DNA from: a virus
Lineage: Duplodnaviria > Caudoviricetes
DNA length: 50,589 bases
Direction: 5' to 3' (one strand)
IMG/VR virus record: IMGVR_UViG_3300033150_001454
Span: 1-50,589 of that record
Numbering within the stretch: the stretch's first letter is position 1; the number at the start of each line of letters is the position of its first letter. Made by a program: the position numbers and the translations under genes. Of this stretch, positions 1 to 7,937 are shown piece by piece. A model generated the notes under the pieces. It ran no database searches. It saw only the letters and a program-made list of their open reading frames with translations, and was not told the DNA's origin.

Positions 1-114
1 CTAATACATAGAGCATGACTCGGGCTTCCTGTACAGCCTTTGAAGTTAGCCTCTCTTTGAATACTCTTAAAAGATTCACTATAGCTAAATCCTCGTCGAT
101 TAGACCCATATTGA
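1..114. repeat. Terminal direct repeat, left copy (circular assembly overlap)
   Basis: Bases 1-114 are identical to 50476-50589. Confidence 0.97.
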
Positions 115-304
115 AGACGCTGGGGAGTATTCGAAATGGATATGTCTCACCTTCATCGTAGATTATGGCAATTTGACCAATCTTATGTTTCCAATCTTTC
201 CAGAAAAGCTTCAAAAGTTTGAAGAAATTGCGGATTGCCTCTTTTCTATCCTTGGCTTCGACTGTTATATCAAGATCTTTAGTTTCAACACGATACCGTT
301 TCAT
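1..304 (-). CDS. Hypothetical protein (~111 aa) spanning the circular junction, continuing at 50475..50444
   Basis: ATG at 304 (MKRYRVETKD...); frame stays open through base 1 and continues ...LADEDKWMTED* at 50444. Confidence 0.7.
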   Translation of the reverse strand, partial: MKRYRVETKDLDITVEAKDRKEAIRNFFKLLKLFWKDWKHKIGQIAIIYDEGETYPFRILPSVFNMGLIDEDLAIVNLLRVFKERLTSKAVQEARVMLYVL

Positions 305-335
305 TCTTCAAGTCTCCTTCTCGTTAAATTTGTAA

Positions 336-605
336 TTAAGTAGCACTGCTATCAGAGTTATGAATAAAAGCAATACTGGCATCCTCTTCACCTAAGAGCA
401 TCTTGCAGAACCTTACTATAGCTTGACTCACTTCATCAGATGGATTAACTGTTAGAATCCGTTCGTAATAGACTTTGGTAAAAATAATGTCGAATACTAA
501 TTCATCAAGCATCTTATGTATTTTATGCCATAATTTCTGGTAGTCACTAGGAGGTCCAGCTTTACACATTTTATCTAACTCTTCACGAAATTTTCTAAGG
601 TTCAT
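336..605 (-). CDS. Hypothetical protein
   Basis: ORF with ATGA coupling to the upstream gene and GGAGG RBS. Confidence 0.6.
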   Translation of the reverse strand: MNLRKFREELDKMCKAGPPSDYQKLWHKIHKMLDELVFDIIFTKVYYERILTVNPSDEVSQAIVRFCKMLLGEEDASIAFIHNSDSSAT

Positions 606-892
606 TCAGAAGCCTCCTCTCCAAGAATCTCTTTTAAAACTTCATGTGGAGCAAGCAGATCGGGACAAATTCCTTCCCCATTCAGTCTAACTTCTAGACA
701 TTTTTCTTTCCATGCACATCCATTGCATAATGAAAATCTTCTTCGCAGTTCATCCTTCCACCTCTGAAAATCCTTAATGTATTTTTTGTAGTCGAACATC
801 ATAGATACAGCCCCATGTCTCTGTTTGCCTGACAGATCGGTTCTTATCAGTTGATACCAATATTTTGGATCTTCAGGATCAGGAACAGTCAT
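602..892 (-). CDS. Hypothetical Cys-containing protein
   Basis: ORF with ATGA coupling, GGAGG RBS, CxxC...C...C motif. Confidence 0.65.
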   Translation of the reverse strand: MTVPDPEDPKYWYQLIRTDLSGKQRHGAVSMMFDYKKYIKDFQRWKDELRRRFSLCNGCAWKEKCLEVRLNGEGICPDLLAPHEVLKEILGEEASE

Positions 893-1017
893 TCAGAAGC
901 CTCCTTTAAATCACAGAATACCCGCTTGCAGTTGGGACAAGCTTTCAGCTTATAGCCTCCGACTGTAGATCCAATATCTTTTAGAATTGCTACCTTACAT
1001 TTAGGACAGAAGATCAT
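889..1017 (-). CDS. Small zinc-ribbon protein (42 aa, not in ORF track)
   Basis: MIFCPKCK...ACPNCKRVF...EASE*; GGAGGTGA RBS upstream (1024-1031). Confidence 0.7.
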   Translation of the reverse strand: MIFCPKCKVAILKDIGSTVGGYKLKACPNCKRVFCDLKEASE

Positions 1018-1041
1018 TTAGATTCACCTCCATCATTCCTG

Positions 1042-1110
1042 CCATGATAGGAGAAGCGTGGAAGCGAAGAGGTCCCGGGTTCGAATCCCAGCATTTTATT
1101 CCTATCATGG
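1042..1110 (+). ncRNA. tRNA-like hairpin (T-arm/3' half fragment enclosed by an 11-bp stem)
   Basis: GGTCCCGGGTTCGAATCCC at 1071-1089; CCATGATAGGA (1042-1052) pairs with TCCTATCATGG (1100-1110); no complete cloverleaf. Confidence 0.4.
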
Positions 1111-1112
1111 TT

Positions 1113-1316
1113 TCAGGCATTCTCTTTCAACTCCTCAACTGCTTGGAAATACGCTCTCACCATCTTCGCTACTATGTAGTTTATCTTATGTGGATTCGAA
1201 TGTCCTAGAGAATACAAGAGCCTTGAAAGCTCTCCATATAACGCAGTTTTCTTATTCATATCATCACCTCTTATTAGAATCCGGAGCATATATGTCTGAA
1301 TGGACAGAATACACAT
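1113..1316 (-). CDS. Hypothetical protein (true start probably MNKK at ~1259)
   Basis: ORF; GAGGTGA RBS precedes the internal ATG. Confidence 0.55.
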   Translation of the reverse strand: MCILSIQTYMLRILIRGDDMNKKTALYGELSRLLYSLGHSNPHKINYIVAKMVRAYFQAVEELKENA

Positions 1317-1951
1317 TCAAAGCTTACGTGACAAGGCATTCTATGCCCCTTCTTTATCAACTCCAACATGCCTTTATGTTGTTCTAATGAATCCATGAAT
1401 AGTATAGTAGCTCTCTCAATCTCTTCAGGAGTTAATTCATACTCTCTATACGTCTTGCCTCCTAAGAATACATTCACAAGCTTAGGATCGTGTGCTACGT
1501 TATTGTGTTCAGCTAGTATCTTGTAAGCTGATAACTGCATTCTATTAGCTAGCGTATTCCTCTTCGTAGAAGTCTTGAAGTCTACTATAACCTCTGGAGT
1601 TACTAAATCAAGATGACCTTGTAGTATATAACCATCTTGCATATTCATCTCAAGCTCTAATTCAAGCTGAGCATTAGATAAGTCATATTCAGTATTCTCA
1701 ATCCAGTCTTGAAGATTCTTGATTAATGGTTCAACTTCTCTGGATAATTCTCTCTTCGCATCTGAAAGAATGCCAAAGTCAGGTTTTGGTTCTTCCCCTC
1801 TCAATATATCTTCGACGACAGCATGGACTATTTTGCCTTTAGCTTGCAGATAATGGATGGGTAACTCTTCGGCTCCTTTGTAAGCAAGCTCAATTCTACG
1901 AGGGCATTTTCCGACCGTAGTAACTCGTATGATATTAATGTTCCAGACCAT
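1274..1951 (-). CDS. Cas4-like PD-(D/E)XK exonuclease with Fe-S cysteines
   Basis: N-terminal CPRR, GxIVH, GHLDL..IVDFKT, QLSAY, C-terminal CVFCPFRHIC. Confidence 0.85.
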   Translation of the reverse strand: MVWNINIIRVTTVGKCPRRIELAYKGAEELPIHYLQAKGKIVHAVVEDILRGEEPKPDFGILSDAKRELSREVEPLIKNLQDWIENTEYDLSNAQLELELEMNMQDGYILQGHLDLVTPEVIVDFKTSTKRNTLANRMQLSAYKILAEHNNVAHDPKLVNVFLGGKTYREYELTPEEIERATILFMDSLEQHKGMLELIKKGHRMPCHVSFECVFCPFRHICSGF

Positions 1952-2387
1952 TTATCCTCATCTCATCCCATACGTCTTTAACCAATTTTCTCCACTCTTC
2001 CCAATCCATATCTTTACCCAACTCCCTTAAATCTCTTGCACACTCAAGCTCATCCCTATAAGGTATGTTCAGAATCGCAGTTGATATCCTTTCCCTTAAC
2101 TGCTTCATCCTCTCTCTTTCTTCAAATTCAGCCTGTTCGTACCTCAGCTTGGCTAATTTCTTCTGTGCAGCTTCCAAAGCTTCTTGAAGCTCTTTTATCT
2201 CCTTCTCGGTCTTCGCTATCTGCTCCTCATATCCAGACTCCTTCTCTATCTTCTCCTCCACGGATAGCCTGATGAATGTTGATATTTTGTATCCATGCTC
2301 CTGTATCCATTCCACACATCTGACTGGGAGATATACAGTGGTGAGAGTCATAGGTTCTTCAGGCTTAGGTCTAGGCATTCTTCTCAA
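1935..2387 (-). CDS. Ribbon-helix-helix-like DNA-binding protein with coiled coil
   Basis: TTVYLP...ISTFIRLSVEEKI RHH-like pattern followed by a heptad-rich region. Confidence 0.55.
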   Translation of the reverse strand: MRRMPRPKPEEPMTLTTVYLPVRCVEWIQEHGYKISTFIRLSVEEKIEKESGYEEQIAKTEKEIKELQEALEAAQKKLAKLRYEQAEFEERERMKQLRERISTAILNIPYRDELECARDLRELGKDMDWEEWRKLVKDVWDEMRINGLEH

Positions 2388-2539
2388 CTTCCTCCCATAT
2401 TTTAATTATCGAAGTGAATAATAATAGGAGACCTAATGCAAAGATAGACTCAAACATTAAATGAGGACAGAGGCAAGATGACATCATAAGAATTGATCCG
2501 GTGAAACAGCTGATAGACCATAAATGCTTCTTCAAGAAC

Positions 2540-4081
2540 TTATACAACTGCGAGCTTGCCTCCTCTAGTCCACCTTATCTTCCTCAACCTCAACAGCTTG
2601 TCAATTATATAGCTTGATGATTCCCAATTGATTGAGTACTTCAAGAGCTCAGTCTGCAAGTCTTCCTTGCTCATGATGCCTCCTCTCCTCTTGAGTATCG
2701 TGATAACTTGTGATCCTTCAGGATCCGCTAATAGTTCATCTCTCCACTGCATTGCCTTCTTGATCAACATCTTAAGCCTAGCATCTAGTACTACTTCATA
2801 AGAAGGTGAAATAGGGTTAGTAAACAAATTATACCCTAATGCCATCTTTCTATAGATCAGATGCTCAAAATGAGGCCTACCGTTAAAGAAGTCGTACAGA
2901 TCCTTGGAGAAAGTGATTGCCCGTATCTGATCGAGTGCTTTCTGTAAGTTCATTAAGTCGTTTCTGTATTCTATAAGAGACTTCTTGTCTAATGGAATAT
3001 TAGCACCTTCCCTTACTGCATCTATCAGTGCCCTAAAGTCACGAGGAGATGGTACCCAGTAGATGTAGTTGAGTCTCCTACCTAGTCCTCCACTTATGTC
3101 AAACTTCGCTATCTGAGTACCAGCTATCAGTGTAACGTTAGTCTTGTAGCTGATGCTGCCTGATGCTAATCTCTTATGTACATCTCCTCCGAACAGCGCA
3201 GAATTGAGCTGAGCTTCGAAGGTAAGAGAGTGCTTCTGCTCTAATACCCTTGTAATCGCTGTGAATTCTTCAATTGCCACAATGCCATCTGAGTACTCTT
3301 CTGCAAGACCTATGCGCTTTATTGGTTTGCCCTTATTTTTCTCTATCGTTCCTACAAATCCAGCCTCAGTGCATGAGCCTTGAAATGTAGTCTTGATGCT
3401 TGGGGTGTTCAGAATCCCGAAGTCTTCTGAGAAGCATTGTTTCATGAAGAAGGACTTGGAATTATGCACCAGTACCCCATTAGCTATAAAATGATCTAGG
3501 GTCGTTTCGATATCAATGTATGGGATATTATATCTGTTGGGAAGGACCCTCAGATGTGATACTTCTCTGAATTTGCCTTCTCCTTCCTCATCGAAAAACA
3601 TCAGCTTGATCCTTGGTAAAAGTTTATATGCGGGTGTCCAGCCTGCTCTAGTCCAGAAGAGATGCAATGGACTTGCCCTGATTGTATTGGGCTTCTGCTT
3701 CCCTTTTAATCTTATCTCATAGATGAGTGGATGAATGGATCTCCAGATTGATTGGACTCGATTCTCCTCAATATTATCTAAAGTTAGGAAGTTGCAGGCT
3801 TCAAGTCTATCTCCCAGCTGAAGGTACTCAATTCGCTTCCACTCACCATTTTCAAGTCTCACTCGTGTATTGGGATCGAGACAGAAGCCTGGTGGAGCAA
3901 CGAACAGCAGATGCAATCTCATGTCAGGTATTCTTGAGTGTTCGTAATAAATACGCCTTCGCTTGTTCATAAGGTTGAAGATGTGGGATCCGTAGCTCAT
4001 GAAGAAGTATGGTATGAATCTTTCTGCAAAGACTATCTTGCGTCTGCTCAGGATCTTCAATCCTTCATCGAACAGGGTCAC
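2540..4081 (-). CDS. mcm: MCM-like AAA+ ATPase/helicase (no N-terminal domain) with mini-intein
   Basis: Walker A APPGF[intein]SKS, GSCTEAGFVGT, GIVAIEEF Walker B, NVTLIAG, GRRLN, C-terminal wHTH-like segment. Confidence 0.75.
   Translation of the reverse strand: MTLFDEGLKILSRRKIVFAERFIPYFFMSYGSHIFNLMNKRRRIYYEHSRIPDMRLHLLFVAPPGFCLDPNTRVRLENGEWKRIEYLQLGDRLEACNFLTLDNIEENRVQSIWRSIHPLIYEIRLKGKQKPNTIRASPLHLFWTRAGWTPAYKLLPRIKLMFFDEEGEGKFREVSHLRVLPNRYNIPYIDIETTLDHFIANGVLVHNSKSFFMKQCFSEDFGILNTPSIKTTFQGSCTEAGFVGTIEKNKGKPIKRIGLAEEYSDGIVAIEEFTAITRVLEQKHSLTFEAQLNSALFGGDVHKRLASGSISYKTNVTLIAGTQIAKFDISGGLGRRLNYIYWVPSPRDFRALIDAVREGANIPLDKKSLIEYRNDLMNLQKALDQIRAITFSKDLYDFFNGRPHFEHLIYRKMALGYNLFTNPISPSYEVVLDARLKMLIKKAMQWRDELLADPEGSQVITILKRRGGIMSKEDLQTELLKYSINWESSSYIIDKLLRLRKIRWTRGGKLAVV
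3461..3883 (-). mobile_element. Mini-intein (141 aa) in the Walker A motif
   Basis: Starts CLDPNTRV, block B SPLHLFW, ends FIANGVLVHN followed by Ser; too short for a homing endonuclease. Confidence 0.92.
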
Positions 4082-4400
4082 TTGTACTTAGTCCTCCAGC
4101 TCAGAGAATATTAGTTTAACCTTGAGATCAGCTCGTATGAGCAATAGATCCTCTGATAGCCTGTCTGCCATCTTCTTCAGACTATCTAGGTTCTCCTTCA
4201 ATTCGGAGAGCGAGAATGCGGTAAGCTTTACATTCAGCTCCATTATGGGTCATTCTCCTTTATCGGTTTCTCTTGTCTAATTCGAAGGCTGAAATCTCTT
4301 AGTACTGTTACCTCAACATCGCAATCTGGGCTGAAGAAGTAGAACCTCCATCCATCCTCTGTTAATTCTATTTTGCACGCATAGATATTATCTACTCTCA

Positions 4401-4637
4401 TTACTCATTCACCTTCACTGGTCTCTTAGGATTGGGAAATCCATGAGTGAGTATTGCGAATCCGGCTGCATTATCCACCTTAGTCATCTCTTCGAATGGC
4501 CACCAGTACATATTCTTAGATCTTAGATCAGTACCCAATGATCTATATAGCTTACAAGCCTCCTCATAGGATATGTCGTGTATGACAAGATAACCTTTGT
4601 GAGGCTTGAGGAATTTAAGAGATTCGTCTTTGCTCAT
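4401..4637 (-). CDS. Hypothetical protein
   Basis: ORF in a tightly packed operon. Confidence 0.6.
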   Translation of the reverse strand: MSKDESLKFLKPHKGYLVIHDISYEEACKLYRSLGTDLRSKNMYWWPFEEMTKVDNAAGFAILTHGFPNPKRPVKVNE

Positions 4638-4638
4638 A

Positions 4639-5106
4639 TCAATATCCCCTTATGAATTTTAAATATTCCTTCCAACTCATACCAGCAAACTCACGCATTA
4701 TCGCATAATAAGAATAAGATTCCTTAAAGTTCTCAGCGGGTTCAGTTGTAACATTCTGTCTGCCAGAGAGAAGCCTCTCCAAATCTCTGCATACCTTATA
4801 GATATCTGAGGTATAGATAGTTACCCACATTTCTTCTCCTTGCCACCAAATGTTTACCAACCATCCTTTGTAAGATGAGTCAAGCATCACTGGATGTTCT
4901 AAGTAGTAATCCTTCATATAATTGAGAATAGTCTTAATTGTTGATTCTGTTAAGTACAATCGCTTCTTCTTTTGAGTTATTAAGTAACCCGCTTCGTTGA
5001 TTACTACCTCTGTTTTTGTGCGTGGTTTGATACAAACGGAAGTATAGATATATTTTGGGGATATGGTTATCTCCACATCTAGATCAGATCTTTGCTCTTC
5101 AGCCAT
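4639..5106 (-). CDS. Hypothetical protein
   Basis: ORF in operon with GGAGG RBS. Confidence 0.65.
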   Translation of the reverse strand: MAEEQRSDLDVEITISPKYIYTSVCIKPRTKTEVVINEAGYLITQKKKRLYLTESTIKTILNYMKDYYLEHPVMLDSSYKGWLVNIWWQGEEMWVTIYTSDIYKVCRDLERLLSGRQNVTTEPAENFKESYSYYAIMREFAGMSWKEYLKFIRGY

Positions 5107-5459
5107 TCTCTTGCCTCCATCAATTCGCTTATGTGAGAAGGATGAATTATCAATAATGGTTCTTCAAGTTTCGGATCGTTTAGGATGAATACTTTTCCAT
5201 TTCTTAGTAATACTGATTCAGTTAGTGTTCCAGCATGAAAGAGCATATCTTCTATTACATCTAAGCGAACCTTATCAGCTACTGCTTTGACTGCTTTCTC
5301 CTTGATCAATCCTTTCATACTCTTTGACAGTTCAAATGTAAATGAAGATACGTGAATGATATGATAAGATGCTTTCAACAGAGTCTCAGTAGGAGATGAA
5401 CCTTTTGATTCAGTTACTTCTATCTTTTCCTTCAAAGGAGTCCCTTGCTCTTCAGCCAT
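5079..5459 (-). CDS. Hypothetical protein
   Basis: ORF in operon with GGAGG RBS. Confidence 0.6.
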   Translation of the reverse strand: MAEEQGTPLKEKIEVTESKGSSPTETLLKASYHIIHVSSFTFELSKSMKGLIKEKAVKAVADKVRLDVIEDMLFHAGTLTESVLLRNGKVFILNDPKLEEPLLIIHPSHISELMEAREWLKSKDLI

Positions 5460-6253
5460 TCTTCTGCCTCCTTAATTATCTGCTCATTCACCTTGGACAG
5501 CTTCACCGGACCCCAAGGCTTCAACATCTCTTCGCATATCCCTTCAAATGATATATCGAAGATGTATGGCTTTTGATACGTGACTCCCTGCTTGACATCT
5601 ACTCCGAAGAAATTATTCTTTATTACTTTGCCAAACTTGTAGAATTTGAAGTACACCTTACCTGTCTTGGGATCAGTTATACCATTCTGTATCCAGATAG
5701 CCATACTGAGATCCCATGGGAACTTCTTATAGCCATCTCTTATTCTTCTACCTGTAGGCACATGAGCTACATACTCATCCTTAGTTCTGCAAGTGACTAC
5801 AAGGTATTTACCTGAATCCTTTATCTTACGCACTGTTGAATCTATTATTTCGTATACCTGAGACCATAGTACTGGTACTGCTTGACCGTCTATATATGCT
5901 ACTGGAGATTTCTTACCCGTCCTTCTCTTCCATTCTTCAAGTGCTAAGTCCCTTATGTCTCCACCCGAGTCGATGGCTATGGTCTTGATGTCTGGTTGAT
6001 GTAAAGCCCACTCAACTCCTGCTTCGATGTCCTTCCATGAGTTAACCCGCTTCCACACGTGCCCCTTCTCCGGCATCTTCTGTAAGACGATGTACGCTTT
6101 ATGTTCTGTGTCTAGGAATAAAGCTTTAGGGAATGTTGCGCTGAAGTGAGTCTTGCCTTGATCCGGCTCTCCTATAACTTCTATACTGAATATCTTCTCT
6201 TGTGGAATTGTATCTGGTACGAATGCTGATTTACTAACTGGTCTCCTGCTCAT
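5432..6253 (-). CDS. Sak4/AAA_24-like RecA-fold ATPase (single-strand annealing protein)
   Basis: GEPDQGKTHF Walker A, LFLDTE, TIAIDS Walker B; start reassigned to MSRR after GAGGTGAGG. Confidence 0.75.
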   Translation of the reverse strand: MSRRPVSKSAFVPDTIPQEKIFSIEVIGEPDQGKTHFSATFPKALFLDTEHKAYIVLQKMPEKGHVWKRVNSWKDIEAGVEWALHQPDIKTIAIDSGGDIRDLALEEWKRRTGKKSPVAYIDGQAVPVLWSQVYEIIDSTVRKIKDSGKYLVVTCRTKDEYVAHVPTGRRIRDGYKKFPWDLSMAIWIQNGITDPKTGKVYFKFYKFGKVIKNNFFGVDVKQGVTYQKPYIFDISFEGICEEMLKPWGPVKLSKVNEQIIKEAEEWLKSKGLL

Positions 6254-6617
6254 ATTCCTCACCTCTGTAATATTCATTAAGTGCATCCAACAAATGCATC
6301 TTAGCATTTATAATTGCGTTGAAATCGCTTTGTTTATTCGGGCATTCTAAATGCTCTTGTGCGTATTCGCAATCAGTACATGCGTCCACACCACATTCAT
6401 CGTATTTGTGCAATACGCAGAAGTAGCATGTCTTGTCAGAAAGTGGCATACTCTGTACCCAAGCCATCAAGATATCCTGCTTTAAAGACATGATGTCTTC
6501 TACAGTCTCAGAATTCTCGATCATTTTGATAGTGTCTTTCACGCTTTCGTTTAAATTTCTCAAGTCTCGCTTTAATGCTCTAACGATTTTAGCCCTTATT
6601 TTTGGATCTGCTTTCAT
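6234..6617 (-). CDS. Cys-rich protein, paralog of 6589..6990
   Basis: MKAD..., AWVxxMPLSD..CYFC...CxxCxY..H..C. Confidence 0.7.
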   Translation of the reverse strand: MKADPKIRAKIVRALKRDLRNLNESVKDTIKMIENSETVEDIMSLKQDILMAWVQSMPLSDKTCYFCVLHKYDECGVDACTDCEYAQEHLECPNKQSDFNAIINAKMHLLDALNEYYRGEEYEQETS

Positions 6618-6990
6618 ATCTTTCACCTTCTCTATAATACTCCTCATCTATTAGATCGTATAGCTTCCATCTTAAGTCATTGATCTTACACCACGAGGAA
6701 TCATTGATTCTCTCACAGACACCATGATGCTTAGCGTATGGACACCTCGTGCAGAATTCTTCCTCATCAGTCTCTCGTCTTCCTAATAAGCAGAAGTAGC
6801 ACTCATCATCGCTTAAGGGCATGAGAGCAACCCAAGCCAACAGAAGCCTCTTCTTTTCCTCCATCACTCGTTCAACTGAGCTTGCATTCAAGATCTGTCT
6901 CTTATGCAGAAGAACCCTATCAGTAAGATTACAGAGTTCACGCTCGATATTAGACGCCAGTTCTGCTAATATCTCTTTATCAGCCTTCAT
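6589..6990 (-). CDS. Cys-rich protein, paralog of 6234..6617
   Basis: Same MKAD / MPLSD..CYFC / CxxCxY motifs. Confidence 0.7.
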   Translation of the reverse strand: MKADKEILAELASNIERELCNLTDRVLLHKRQILNASSVERVMEEKKRLLLAWVALMPLSDDECYFCLLGRRETDEEEFCTRCPYAKHHGVCERINDSSWCKINDLRWKLYDLIDEEYYREGERYESRSKNKG

Positions 6991-7029
6991 GTTTGTTGCC
7001 TCCTTAAATAAATTTGGGAAGAGTGGTGA

Positions 7030-7794
7030 TTAGAGCTTCACCACCCTTATCGCTCTAATGCTCACATTAGAGCCGGATAGATTCACGTAGCCGAAGACTC
7101 GTACCTCATCGCCTGGTTGCAGTGACAAGGCTAATTGTTTCTGTTCTGGAGTCATCCTTGAGTACTGACCTCCAAGCCACACCGTAATCGGAAGTGGAGA
7201 ATTCAAGTCACCAACTTCTACTCCAAGTACTTCGCCCGTATCTCGCCTCTGAATGAGCCTGCCCACCCATCCAGCTATCAAGTCATTGTTCCCTCCTGAG
7301 TCCACGAGTCTGTCTAATGGAGTGGGATCTATGTCGGTTATCTGTGGTATCGGTGCTGGTTCCTCCACAACTTGTATCTTGCCCAGTCTTGTTATCCTGC
7401 CGTCGTTTCTGAGTGTGCAGGAGAATGAATAACACTTGTCCTCTTCAAATGCGTCGTAGAACTTCTCGATCCTGTCGTCCCATAGTGGAGCTGGCCTAAA
7501 GATTATGTCGTGAGTCTCTGGATCTTCACATGCGAAGTGAATCGTAGCAACCTTATTTTGTCCTGCATCTCGTGCGGGCTCCTTAGCTATGACCCTGCCT
7601 ATCAACTCGACTTTACCCGCACCTAACTGAAAGCTGTTACGAGCTTTCCAGACTATCACCGCTACGAGTGGAGGTCTATTCTCCTTATTGATTATCTCCT
7701 GTATCTCTGCTAATACCCGTTCCTTAGGAAGCTCCGCAAGCTTAGCAAGTTTCTCAGCTTCGGCTTCGAGATCTATATCGTATAGATCAACCAT
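7030..7794 (-). CDS. RPA-like OB-fold single-stranded DNA-binding protein
   Basis: Two OB-like repeats (LIGRVIAK...LWDD; GWVGRL...ITVW...PGDEVRVFGYV) after a helical N-terminus; adjacent to Sak4. Confidence 0.65.
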   Translation of the reverse strand: MVDLYDIDLEAEAEKLAKLAELPKERVLAEIQEIINKENRPPLVAVIVWKARNSFQLGAGKVELIGRVIAKEPARDAGQNKVATIHFACEDPETHDIIFRPAPLWDDRIEKFYDAFEEDKCYSFSCTLRNDGRITRLGKIQVVEEPAPIPQITDIDPTPLDRLVDSGGNNDLIAGWVGRLIQRRDTGEVLGVEVGDLNSPLPITVWLGGQYSRMTPEQKQLALSLQPGDEVRVFGYVNLSGSNVSIRAIRVVKL

Positions 7795-7810
7795 TCTTCT
7801 CTCATTCCTC

Positions 7811-7933
7811 CTATAGTTTATTTCCCATTTGGCGCATGGGTGCGGTCTCGCCTCTTATGAGGCTTGACTGTGAAGCTTCTTGAGCAGCCTCATGGTAGAT
7901 GATGATAACTGCCCATATAGACAAATCTATCAT
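7811..7933 (-). CDS. Small hypothetical protein (40 aa, not in ORF track)
   Basis: MIDLSIWAVIIIY...NKL*; GAGGTGA RBS; fills the intergenic gap. Confidence 0.4.
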   Translation of the reverse strand: MIDLSIWAVIIIYHEAAQEASQSSLIRGETAPMRQMGNKL

Positions 7934-7937
7934 TAAT

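Noticed and set aside
1-114. Terminal repeat as the biological genome end
   Set aside because: It falls inside a gene and is the size of an assembler overlap; indicates circularity or permutation only
1042-1110. Complete tRNA gene
   Set aside because: Only the T-arm and variable region are tRNA-like; no D-arm, anticodon stem or canonical acceptor stem
1274-1951. Cas4-like gene as evidence of a CRISPR-Cas system
   Set aside because: No cas1/cas2 or array; solo Cas4-like nucleases are common in archaeal virus recombination modules
3461-3883. Homing endonuclease in the intein
   Set aside because: 141 aa with no LAGLIDADG or HNH motifs
7800-7937. Structured ncRNA (several short hairpins) between the SSB and vWA genes
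   Set aside because: The gap is explained by a 40-codon ORF with a good RBS; stems are short and match no motif I recognise
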